NCBI GenBank assembly: GCA_951406725.2
Contig: OX597826.1
Span: 32,984,001 to 33,048,000 of the forward strand
Length of the DNA stretch: 64,000 nucleotides
From: Octopus vulgaris
Lineage: Eukaryota
Direction of reading: 5' to 3'
The translations under genes and the position numbers were made by a program. Below are positions 26,560 to 38,029 of this stretch, in pieces. The notes under the pieces are model-generated. The model searched no databases, was not told the origin of the DNA, and was given only the letters and a program-made list of their open reading frames with translations. Each line of letters opens with the position of its first letter. Position 1 is the stretch's first letter.

Positions 26560-27022
26560 TAGAAGAAAAATGACCGTCTTTGGTTTCAAGATGAAAGATG
26601 TTCTTCCTTCAGGATAATGCTCAGCCACATACAGTGAGGATAACATTCCAAAGACTGGAGCAGTTTGAATGGATATTTGATGCCCCACCCACCTTATTCA
26701 CTTGGAAATTGCTCCATCTAATTATCATTTATTCTGCAGTCTTCAAAATCATTTCGAAGGAGAATAAATAAATTCTGTAGATGAGGTCAGAATATTTTTC
26801 ATCGTCCAACCCATGCTAACATGGAAAACGGACGTTAAACGATGATGATGATGATGACACATGAATTTTGGAAGAGGGGTCTTGCAAGTCAACCAGATAG
26901 ATGAAAGAGCATTGTAGAAGATGAAGGAAAAGATATTTAAGATTAAGGCAGAACTTTGTTTGTCCTAGTTTTGAAAAATAAAAGAATTAAAAAAATCACA
27001 TTACTTATGGGATGACCCAATA
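26560..27022 (+). pseudogene. Decayed mariner (DD34D-type) transposase 3' half with terminal inverted repeat
   Basis: Frameshifted/stopped translation ..FFLQDNAQPHT..RLEQFEW..PHPPYS..IAPSNYHLFCSLQNHF..FWKRGLAS.PDR*KSIVEDEG; ends cattacttatgggatgacccaaTA; RTE tail inserted ~26803-26857. Confidence 0.85.
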
Positions 27023-27039
27023 TATATATGTGTGTTTAA

Positions 27040-27146
<107 letters not shown>

Positions 27147-27206
27147 AGAGTAAAAGAGTATATATATATCATATATCAAAATAAGCAACAAGGATATCCA
27201 GAGGTA

Positions 27207-27294
27207 ATGCAGTACAATCGTTTCATGCAACTCCATTTAATTGAACAATGCAGTCATTACATCAATTTAAATGCAGAGCAATCTTCAGCTGCAC
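27207..27294 (-). ncRNA. Type-I hammerhead motif with long stem II (family B, copy 1)
   Basis: GUGCAG-CUGAAGA-[long stem II]-GAAA-CGAUUG-UA-CUGCAU; homolog at 35843-35930. Confidence 0.6.
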
Positions 27295-27434
27295 AAAGAC
27301 ATAGAATTAAATTAAATTAAAACAGATGGACACATTATATATATCATATATATATGTGTGTGTGTATATTATTGATAAATGTACTTGAGGTGTATGTATG
27401 AGTAATGAAAATATACTCTGTATACATCTTTATA

Positions 27435-27860
27435 ATGGTTTCACATTTTGGCACAAGACCTGCAGTGTTAGTGGGAGGGGTAAATCAATTATGTCAACCC
27501 CATTGCTCGACTAGTACCTAGTTCATTGACCTAAAAGAATGAAAGGTGAGGTTGACCATGGTGGAATTTGAACTCAGAACATAAGAATTGGAAAAAAGGT
27601 TGCTTAGTACTTTGTCTGATGATGTGCTAATGGTTCTGCTAGCTCATTATCTTTATAACTCTTTCTGCTATGGGCACAAGGCCTGGAGTATTGGGGGAGG
27701 TGGCCAGTTGATTTCATCAATGCCAGTGTTTAACTGGTACTTACTCCATTGACCTTGAAAGGATAAAAAGCAAAGTCACCCACAACAGAATTTGAACTCA
27801 AGAGATAAAGATTGATGAAGGGGAACCAAGCATTTTGTCTGATGTGGTAACAGTTTTGCT
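27435..27860 (-). mobile_element. Two degenerate Meta-like SINEs
   Basis: ggcacaag.cctg..; gaatttgaactca B-box complement twice. Confidence 0.65.
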
Positions 27861-29327
27861 AACGCACTGTCTTTGTAATAAACACTGGATTGCATCAGGT
27901 TCTGAAATACAGCAGGTGGGCATTGGTCTGTATTTGCATTCACATTGTACACAAGGAAATACAATAGATACAGCTAGAAATCAAAAGAGCTTAGGTTTAA
28001 AGAAGGTTATCGTTTAAGTTACGATGCCAATGCTTATCATGGATGTAGTGTACAAAGCTAAAAGTTTCCAGATAAGTTTAAGAGACAAACTTTTAGAGCA
28101 GAAGCTTCTAACCTAAACAAACGGGATTCACAAAAGAAATTATCTGGGTTTGCAAAATTTCTTTATGACTCAGCTTTGAATTCCGATAATCAAATGGTAA
28201 TTGGATAATCGTAATGAAAATTCATTTAATTCTTCGATGGTAGGAAAGAAAAGCAAAGTTATCCAGTTGAATACCAGTTCTATTGCACTGGATGTTTGTT
28301 GATGCAATTTCTATGAATTTCGGTTATTCCATAGGGACAAAAGAGCAGCATGCTCAACCTAACTTAACTAAATAGACGAGAAATGACAACTATCGGAATT
28401 TACAAATTTGCTATGAATAAGAAAGTTGAAATTATTGAGGGATCTGTTTATAGGTGAAAAAGACTTATGTGTCTGTTACTTCAATTAACTAATTTACTCA
28501 CACGTCTTGCTGGCTTCGTTTACAAAGTTAATGAATGATTCACACTCTGGTGCCACATGTTATTGGGTAACATTTTTATTGGATTTTAAAGAAAAAAGAA
28601 AATTCTTCTCACCTAATCAACGTATATTGAATTAGACGATCAACACAGACTTGCCCCACCCACCCCTCTTTTCCTTCCACCTCTCTCTCTCTCTCATCCA
28701 TTTCTTGCATTGGATCATTGATTCTTTGAGTCATGAATGTTCTTCGATATTCTTTTAACAAATACCTCCCTCCCCCATAGGCACATCACATTTTCTTAAA
28801 TAACTGGTTTTTAGTTCTGGTCAGGACGAAGCATGGCGGGGGAAAAAAAAAACTATTAAAACTTTGTGTCATCATCCAATTTATGCTGATAAACATCTTG
28901 TTTTCTATTGAACGTTTTCACTTCAGCTTTTTGCCATGGCTAAACAGCTTAATGTTGCTTTGTGGCCCGATGCAACCGTGATGGTGCATGGCAAAGGGAG
29001 ACGCATGCTGGACAGGAAAATATTTAAACAACATCAAATGAGAAAACTGTATTTGTTAGTTTTTATTTCTTAAAACATTCCACACATGTTGTACAAGCTT
29101 GAACGTTATTCTCCAGTTGTAATACACAGGATTTAAACAGTTTATACAAGCTGTCTATAAAATGGATCAGGAACTCCATTTTTAGAATTCCACAGATCAA
29201 TTGCCTCATTGGTTGGCATTATCCTGTTGCGTACACATTTACGTTTGTGCATATTGTAAGTGTGCATGTGTGTGTGTATATGTAACCACATGACTGAAGT
29301 ATCTGTACTTGTAAGAGCATGTGTGTG

Positions 29328-29367
<40 letters not shown>

Positions 29368-29646
29368 TGCGTGCGTGCATGTATGCATTATGTAGAAGAA
29401 ATCAAGTTTGGTCATAACAGAATTTCAGACAAACACCAAACCTGTTGGAAATCCCACTTGACAAACATGACATTATCAAATGAAAACCCCACCTATTTCT
29501 ACCATTTTCAAGTGGAATTCCTTGCTATTAGTAGTAGAAACGCTTTCCAGCATCTTTCAAAACTTCATCACTTTTCTTCATCACAATCTCACCATTAACA
29601 ATAGATTCACAAATTAAAATACAATTTCTCATTTTATCCTAAACAC

Positions 29647-29947
29647 TTAATCCTTTAGCTTTCAGATTATTACTCTGTCAAGCATAATCCTTATTTATTC
29701 ACATTATTTTGAATTAATTATGTATTTTCTTGTACCTTTGTGAATTCAATGATGTGATCGTTTATTTTTAGACTGATATTGTAGGGTAGATTATTTACAT
29801 TATTTACATTCGATGGATATTTGTCCCGATCTTGTTTGTTGTTAACACGTTTTGGCTGATATACCCTCCAGCCTTCATCGGGTGTCTTGGGGAAATTTTG
29901 AACCTGGGTTCTCATTCCAAAGGTATTTTTCGATGTTATTATTATCA

Positions 29948-30005
<58 letters not shown>

Positions 30006-30018
30006 CATTATTATTATT

Positions 30019-30064
<46 letters not shown>

Positions 30065-30256
30065 TCACTGCCTGGAATCGAACTTGGAGTCTTGGGATTA
30101 GTAGCCCATGCTCTCAACTATGCCATATGTCCGTGGACAATTATGGAGTGAATTTTAGGGTGTATAAATCATATGATGTAGTGGTTAAGAGCGTGGGCTA
30201 CTAACTCCAAGATTCCAAGTTCAATTCCAGGCAGTGACCTGAATAATAACAATAAC

Positions 30257-30287
<31 letters not shown>

Positions 30288-30545
30288 TCGAAAAATACCT
30301 TAGGAATGAGAACCCAGGTTCGAAATTTCCCCAAGACACCTGATGAAGGCTGGAGGGTATATCAGCCGAAATGTTGTTAAGAACAAACAACATGAGGACA
30401 AATATCTGTCAAATGTAAATAATGTGAATAATGTACATAATTCCTCATCTCTTAAATATAGAACTGTATTGTAGGGTAGGTGTGAGATGCTGGATCTGGC
30501 TTATTTGAACATAAAACATGTAGAATATCTGGGCTGGACATGGCA
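29647..30545. mobile_element. TTAA-flanked piggyBac-like MITE split by the fold-back hammerhead element
   Basis: ttaatcctttagc.. left end; halves join at duplicated tattgtagggtag; intact relatives at 41420-41648 and 42330-42548 (..aatgctaaagggttaa). Confidence 0.7.
29790..30466. mobile_element. tRNA-headed hammerhead element, locus 3: head-to-head inverted dimer
   Basis: Minus copy ~29790-30168, plus copy ~30170-30466; perfect 13-bp TSD tattgtagggtag 29777-29789 / 30467-30479; hammerhead 30335-30378. Confidence 0.9.
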
Positions 30546-30574
30546 CCACGACAATCTTCATCATCATCACCACA

Positions 30575-31278
30575 ACACAGGGATTCAGTCCCACTGTGTG
30601 ACACTTTGGATAAGTATCTTCTACTAAAGCTGTGGGCTGACCAAATCCTTGTGAGTGAATTTGGTGGACAGAAACCTAAAAAGGCCTGTCATGTAGCTCC
30701 TGTGCCAGTGGCACATAAAATGCATCATTTGAGTGTGGTCAATACCAGTGCCACCTGACTAGCTCCCATGCCAGTGGCACGTAAAGAGCACCATTTGAGT
30801 GTGATCAATGCCAGTGATGCCTGACTGGCCCCCATGCTGGTGGCACATAAATAGCAGCTACTACACTCTTGGAGTGGTTGGTGTTAGGAAGGGCATCAAG
30901 CAGTAGAAACTCTGCCAGATCAGATTGGAGCCTGGTGTGGCCTTCTGGCTTGCCAGTCCTCAGTCAAAACATCCAACCTATGCCAGTATGGAAAGTGGAT
31001 GTTAAATGATGATGATGAGGATGATGACCTATATACATACAGCTATATCTGTGTGTATGTGTGTGTGTTTGGTGTCTGTGCTTGTCCCCACACTCACTGA
31101 TTGACAACTGGTGTTGGTGTGTTTACGTTCCTGTAACATAGTGGTTCAGCAAAAGAGACTAATAGAATAAGTACTAGACTTTAAAAAAATAGGACCTGGT
31201 GTCGATTTGTTTCACTAAAACCATTCAAGGAGGTGCCCCAGTATGGCCACAGTCATGACTGAAACAAGTAAAAGAATA
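30575..31278 (+). mobile_element. OK-like SINE with nested RTE 3' end (~30691-31027)
   Basis: SINE 5' half to aggcctgtc, tandem gccagtggcac repeats + gttaggaagggcatc..gttaaatgatgatgat tail, then SINE 3' half. Confidence 0.75.
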
Positions 31279-31700
31279 AATATGCATACATACTCACGCA
31301 TACCATACACACATACATACACACACATGCACACAGACACACAGAACAATGACAATATCTGTAATCAAAAAAACAAAAACAAAAAGGAAGACAGCACAAG
31401 GGAATGTTGTTTTCATAATTAACAAGTTCGTTATCACAGTACCCAATACTAAACGATCTATTACAATACCAAATGTTATTATGACAATAGCGGATACTAA
31501 TTGATCTAATTTTATTAATGATTATAGATCCCGAAAGACTGGAATGTTGAATATAAAATTGGTCCTTGGAGAATCCGTTAGAATTTAGAAGTTCAATTCC
31601 ATGACAGGACAACTGGCATTTCATGTCTCATGTGGGCTGCACTAAGGCATGCTGGGAAGACAGTGTGATGAGTTTTAATAATTTGACATCCGTTAATTTA

Positions 31701-31750
31701 TCATTCACTGATCATGTTAATGGACTGGTCCAACGCTGCAATGGATTCAT
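31701..31750 (-). CDS. Candidate terminal coding exon (phase 1): (D)ESIAALDQSINMISE*
   Basis: Minus-strand acceptor ttatctacttacag|AT GAA TCC..GAA TGA within a non-repetitive island; no upstream exons identified; alternative plus-strand exon 31608-31752 possible. Confidence 0.25.
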
Positions 31751-31878
31751 CTGTAAGTAGATAACACTGGATTTTATCAGACATTTCTGCGGTGTGATGG
31801 AAACGGTGGAGTAGGGTAGGAGTGGGTGGGGTTATATACAGCAGTGAAGAGGAAGACTTAATAACAAGGAGAATAATG

Positions 31879-31924
<46 letters not shown>

Positions 31925-31925
<1 letters not shown>

Positions 31926-32455
31926 TTATTCTTTTATAAGCCACAAGCGCTCATATAGATTAACATTAAAAGACATGCAACAACCTAAAAGACAAAAACA
32001 GACGATACAAATGGTTTTACGGCATGTAAACAATATAAATAACAATTAAAAATTAAACTAATTAAAACTCTCAGTAAAGGAGGTGCTTTCAGGTCCTCAT
32101 GGAAAAACCCACAAAAGCCATGGGTGCCTGAACAACAGAGCAAGAGCCCTTCTCCTTTGATACCCTTTTTACAGGTGCATGCTCGGAATTGGTCCTTTCA
32201 CATTGGCCATTCTTCTAACATTCACCCACCTTTCAACAAACTTGCTACAAGGCAACTCAACTTCTTTTTCAAGTGAAACTTGAAAAAGTTGGTGAGGGCT
32301 TGGCCAAAGAGGAAAGTGTCTGTCTTTAGCCCTTTCAAATAGGTCCACCATACAAACTCTTTCACTACAGCCACTAGACAAATAAAAATTGCCTGCCCCT
32401 CTCGACCAGAAGTGGGCAGTGGGGCAATCTTCTCAATGGATTCAGCTGATACGTT
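31925..32455 (-). mobile_element. Decayed Tx1/L1 3' end related to 548-1407, abutting (TAA)n
   Basis: ORF 32169-32381 DRHFPLWPSPHQLFQVSLEKE aligns with DKHLPLWPIAHQLFQVPLEKE; 3' end cttgtggcttataaaagaataa. Confidence 0.75.
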
Positions 32456-32647
32456 TCTCTACTCGTTATGAGAAAAGGTGACTAAAACAGGTGGGAATAG
32501 TACTTGGCCCTTGAAAAGGCCTCCCCAGCAACGACAACCCAGAGAGAGACCCATGGGTTGAAGGGTTGTCATGTGAATGATGCAAAGGTGTTGTTGCCAG
32601 GTGTAGTTGAGAATTCCCAACAAATGGGAGATGCAGCAAGGTGGTGT

Positions 32648-32700
<53 letters not shown>

Positions 32701-32774
32701 ATACTACTACTGCTACTGCTGCTGCTGCCACTGCTGCTGCCCCTGTTACTACTACTACCACCACCACCTACAGA

Positions 32775-33010
32775 ACACCAAATGGTAACCACCTCACTGG
32801 GAACAGTGAGTAAAAGTCTTGAGAAGTACATGGAACAAATAGGGACTGCAATAAGGGTGGATCACTTGCAGAAAACAGCACTGTTTGGAACCGTTCAAAT
32901 AGTCTGGATGGTGCTCAAAAAATGAGGGGTGTTACCTTAGTTCACTGGTAGTGAACTGCTGACACCATAGTACATCTCCAGCATTAGAAGCTGTGCAAAG
33001 ACAACAAATA
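32775..33010 (+). mobile_element. R4/Dong-type (RLE) LINE 3' end running into (TAA)n
   Basis: SLGTVSKSLEKYMEQIGTAIRVDHLQKTALFGTVQIVWMVL* matches the RLE C-terminal GALG..LQK.ALLGTA.IL motif; (TAA)n tail. Confidence 0.75.
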
Positions 33011-33016
33011 ATGATG

Positions 33017-33062
<46 letters not shown>

Positions 33063-33114
33063 TGATAATAATAATAATAATAATAATAACAACAACAATA
33101 ATAATAATAATAAG

Positions 33115-33490
33115 ATGGATTGTGTAATCGAACACTGTCATATTGAATAAGAGAGGCAAATACTGTCAGATCATTTATGTAGCCATACCAAATGACATGA
33201 ATGCTGTGAGTAAAGAGGTTGAAAAAGTCTCCAAGTACTATGAATTGAAAGTGGAAAGAGCAAGACTGTATGGAATGTGAGAAGATAATGTAAAAGTGAT
33301 CGGAGCGTTGCACTCAATCCCACTGAAACTTCAAGACTTCTTAAGGCAACTGGAAATCCCATGCAAGATTGATTTCTTGCAAAAATCAGCCTTATTGGGC
33401 ACAGCACACCATCTTAAGGTCCTTGTGGCTTGACAGACGACTAAAGACTCCGGTGCATTTTTACCTATTCTGTGTTATGAAGGAATTATA
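33115..33490 (+). mobile_element. Second R4/Dong-type LINE 3' end between (TAA)n tracts
   Basis: LNKRGKYCQIIYVAIPNDMN..KEVEKVSKYYELKVE..VIGALHSIP..LQKSALLGTAH. Confidence 0.8.
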
Positions 33491-33514
33491 ATAATAATAA
33501 TAATAATAATGATA

Positions 33515-33880
33515 TTGGTTCTAGATTTTGGCACAAGGTCACCAGTTCCAAAGGAGGGTGTAAGCCAATTATATTGTGCCCAGTGATCAGCTGGTATTAT
33601 TTTATCAATTAGGTGTTAGGAAGGGCATCCAGCCGTAGAAACATTGCCAGATCAGACTGGGCCTGGTGCAGCCTTCTGGCTTCCCAGACCCCAGTTGAAC
33701 TGTCCAACCTATGCTAGCATGGAAAGCGGACGCTAAATGAAGATGATGATGATGATGAATTCTGAAAGGATGAAAGGCAAAGCTGACTTCGGATGAATTT
33801 GAACTCAGAATGTGAAGATGGTTGAAATGCCATGAAACATTTTGCCTGGAATGCTGATGCTTCTGTCAGCTTGCCATGTT
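33515..33880 (-). mobile_element. Meta-like SINE interrupted by plus-strand RTE tail (~33610-33757)
   Basis: SINE halves flank gtgttaggaagggcatccagccgtagaa..gctaaatgaagatgatgat. Confidence 0.7.
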
Positions 33881-34691
33881 ATTCTTTTATTGTTTATATT
33901 AACAACAAAAACGACAAAAACCCACTTTAACAATAAAGATGCAACAATAACCATATTAACAACATCATCAGCAACAAAAAACAAAAGCACCTACAACATA
34001 AACAGCAGCAAGAGCACAAGGAACAACAACATCAACTATAACAACAACAACAACAACAGCAGTGACCTCGACAACAACATCAACAATATCCCCATTAATA
34101 ACATAAACACCACCAGCCCCTTCAACGACAATAGAATTAACAACAGCAACACGAACGTCAACAACAACAACAACAACGTCAACATCAACAAACAACACAA
34201 AATGGACAACAATCTGACAAAAGAGCCTGAAATGTGGTCTATCAAAAGTTACAAGATCTCTTGGCTGTTTGGAAATGTTTTATTGTCTCCCCTTGAGTGT
34301 CATCTCCCATCTAACAGAGCAGAACCGAATTGATGCCGTTTGAAGACATAACACAATAACAAAAAACAAAGCAAAAAAAAAACAGAAAAAAAACAATGAC
34401 AAATAATACAGAACACAAAGTTAACTTGATGCAGATACACTCACTTATGACTGGTAAATCGATTCTCTTTGAAAAATAATAAATAAAAGTTCATCCCCCA
34501 ACCCCCGCATTGTACCAAAAACACAAAAAAAAGCATACAGTACATCAACCCCTGCTGTGACAAGTTACCCATCAATGGAGAATTCTTCATCATTGAATTA
34601 TAGAACAGAAATCATACACTTAATCTCTTTGAGGTATGTTTGGCTACATATACATACAAACATATATATACATATATATACATACATATAC

Positions 34692-34741
<50 letters not shown>

Positions 34742-34743
<2 letters not shown>

Positions 34744-34970
34744 TGCCCACAGGGTGGCTAAACATAGGGGGTAGAAACAAGGACAGACAAAGGGATTAAT
34801 TTAGTCGATTACATTGACCCCAGTGCATAACTGGTACTTATTTCATCGGCTCCCGAAAGGATGAAAGGCAAAGTCGACCATGGTGGGATTTGAACTCAGA
34901 ACGTAATGACAGATGAAATACCACAAAGTATTTCACCTGGCATGCTAACACTTCTGCCAGCTTGCTGCCT
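34742..34970 (-). mobile_element. Meta-like SINE with Tx1-like tail
   Basis: attgcccacagggtggctaaacatagggg tail plus shared body. Confidence 0.8.
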
Positions 34971-34984
34971 TATATATATATATG

Positions 34985-35350
34985 TAGGCATAGGAGTGAC
35001 TGTTGGCTGTGTGGTAAGAAGTTTGCTTTCCAACCAAATGATTCTGGGTTTCTAACCAAATGGTTCTTTTACTATAGCCTCAGGTTGACCAAAGCCTTGT
35101 GAGTGAATTTGGTAGATGAAAACTGAAAGAAGCCTGATGTATATATGTGTGTCTGTGTGTTTGTCACTCATCACCATTTGACAATTGGTGTTGGTGTGTT
35201 TATATCTCTGCAACTTTGCAGCTCAGCAAAAGAGACTGATAGAATAAATACAAGGCGTAATAAAGAACAAACAGTACTGGGGTCGATTCATTCGACGAAA
35301 GATTTTTCAAGGCAGTGCTGCAGCATTGCCACAGTGTAAGGAGTAAAAGA
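34985..35350 (+). mobile_element. OK-like SINE
   Basis: tggctgtgtggtaagaag head, gagtgaatttggtagatgaaaactgaaagaagcc body. Confidence 0.75.
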
Positions 35351-35842
35351 TGAAATACATATAGTCAATAGAAAAAACAAACAATCAAAAGATAGAGAAA
35401 ACAAGGGAAAAACAAACGTGAGAACGTGCACAAGAAATGTATTAATTTGGCACTCGGTGAAGGGAGGGAGTTGTTAACATTTCAAGCATGGCTCTTTATT
35501 TTTATCAACTACCAAATCTAAGGCTATAGGACTGAATTGAAATGTTCGTAGGCTTTATTTGGCAGTATGTAAACAAATTCATTTTATATCCATACCAAAT
35601 TTCTATTCTTCTTCTTTAATCATATTTATACTTATAATAAAAAAAAAGACTAATAAACTGAAAGTGAACCACAATTCTTTACAAGCTATGGCCCCTAACA
35701 AACTTCATACAGTTCTTAGAAGTGTAGTATATTCTGGGTCACATTATTAGCAATAGGAACTTTCTCCATCTTCTTGCTCTATTAGAGAATTTGAGTAAAT
35801 TTATATTAATGTGTCCTACTGATTAAAAAAATTCTATTTATT

Positions 35843-35930
35843 ATGCAGCTGAGGATATCCCTGCGTTTAAATTGATGTAATGGTTGCATTGCTCAATAAA
35901 ATGGAGCTGCTTGAAACGGTCGTACTGCAT
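35843..35930 (+). ncRNA. Type-I hammerhead motif with long stem II (family B, copy 2)
   Basis: AUGCAG-CUGAGGA-[stem II]-GAAA-CGGUCG-UA-CUGCAU with perfect 6-bp stem I. Confidence 0.65.
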
Positions 35931-36479
35931 CACCTCTTGATATCCTGTTGTTTATTTTGATTATATATTTATATATATATATATATTAGAGGGAAACCAC
36001 TATGTGGACACCCATATGCTAGAAATAGATCCGCTACGGTCCCACCACCAAGAAATGTTCTCAAGAAAAATTTAGCAAAACAACCAAAACGTAATCGAGC
36101 ACGACAAAAGAAAAAGTAATAAAAATATGGATTACTCGTATACATGTTTCACTATCAACAAATTATGCAATCTTACTTATGTAACTCATGTATTATTATA
36201 CGTATAATTATTATTATACTTACGTATTATTATATATATATATATATATATATATACATACATTAAACCATGGTAGCCACAAATAAAGAATATTTATCCA
36301 CCAATGCACCATTTGAGCACTCTTTCTGACTGATATTAGGGTATATATAAATTATATTTATATATATGGATAAGGTAGATTTAGTTTTCATCCAATACTG
36401 TGGGATTGAAACTAAGACCACATAGTTTGGAAGCAACCATCTTTACCACATATCTACATTCGTGCCTATGTATAAATAT

Positions 36480-37035
36480 ATAGGTGTGGCTATGTGGTAA
36501 GAAGCTTGCTTCCCAACCACATTATTTTCAGTTCAGCTCCACTGCATGGCACCTTCAGCTAGTGTCTTCTACTATAGCTTCTGTCCAAATGAAACCTTGT
36601 GAGTGGATTTGATATATGGAAACAGAAAGAAGCCTGTCACATCATCATCATTTAATGTCCATTGTCCATACTGGCATAGGTTGGACAGTTTGACTGGGGT
36701 GGCATGCTGGAAGGCTGCACCAGGCTACAGTTCTATTTGGCATGGTTTTCTACAGCTGTTTGCCCTTCCTAATGCTAACCACTCCGAGAATGTAATGGGT
36801 GCTTTTACATGCCCACCGGCATGGGTGCCATTTGTGTGACACTGGGGTGCTTTGATGTGACACTAGCATAGGTGCCAGTTTGCATGACACCAGTATCTGC
36901 CATAACTGTAATTTTGCTCGGCATCATGAGTCTTCTTCTCAAGCATTACATAATACCAAAGGTTTTCATCATTGCCTCTGTGAGGCTCAACATTCAAAAG
37001 ATGTTCTTTACATGCCACCAGCATGGGTGTACTTG
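36480..37035. mobile_element. OK-like SINE 5' half followed by antisense RTE 3' end
   Basis: ..aagaagcctgtc|acatcatcatcatttaatgtcc..gcccttcctaatgctaaccactcc..tcttctcaagca. Confidence 0.7.
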
Positions 37036-37037
37036 GT

Positions 37038-37093
<56 letters not shown>

Positions 37094-37707
37094 TATAATA
37101 ATAATAATAATAATAATATAATATATATAATGTATATATTATATACATGCTTACACATAAATATGTGTGTATGTATGTATGTATGTATGTATGTATGTAT
37201 GTATGTATGTATATATGTATGTATGTATGTTTGTATGTATGTGTGTATGTACTACTTGCTGTTGAATAGAAAACCAAAGAAGGAATATGGCATGAATGGA
37301 AATGTTTTATTGCTTAAACATTAAATTTTGATGGTGTTAAATAATATTTGTTTTCTTTTTCATTTCTAGTTCTCTTTTACATTCCGAAATGCATTGAATG
37401 AGGTTTATTATGATAATTATCAAACAGGTTTGAAACAATATTCTCTTGATGTGAAATGAGAGTATTTTTTTTTTTGAAAAATTAAAATTAATTAATTTTA
37501 GTTTAGAAATTCGAGAATAAAATAAATTTAAAATATGGAAGCAAATAAAAAACAACAAAAAGACAAAAACAAGGCAAAATAAAAAGGAAGAACACCAAAG
37601 TGCTTGTTTTATGTAACATATTCCATTACACATTGTATATTAGAGTTTACAGAAGGTCACATGCATAGAAATACACACACGTTTGTGTGTAATTATGTGT
37701 GTGTATA

Positions 37708-37739
<32 letters not shown>

Positions 37740-37878
37740 CATATAGAGAGAAAGGGGAAACAAAAGAGATCTCATTTTTATATGATTACACTGAAGGATA
37801 CAAATACATACACATATATAGCAACATATATACTTACATGAAAAATGTGAGTATAACTGCATGTCTGTATGTCAGAAC

Positions 37879-37912
<34 letters not shown>

Positions 37913-37973
37913 TTATATATGTGTCTATGTCTGTGCGAATGGCTAGTTATCTATCTATCTATGTACATACCTA

Positions 37974-38029
<56 letters not shown>

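Noticed and set aside
30170-30240. tRNA gene-like sequence (anticodon loop CTACTAA)
   Set aside because: Acceptor and T stems are imperfect, and it is always fused to the same downstream repeat body: a SINE head, not a tRNA gene
30691-30860. Spaced gccagtggcac repeats resembling a CRISPR array
   Set aside because: Spacers are also repeated; this is the tandem-repeat 3' UTR of the RTE LINE in eukaryotic DNA, with no cas genes
33842-34333. 163 aa Asn-rich ORF with a hydrophobic N-terminus
   Set aside because: Starts inside a SINE at a non-ATG codon and runs through an (AAC)n field
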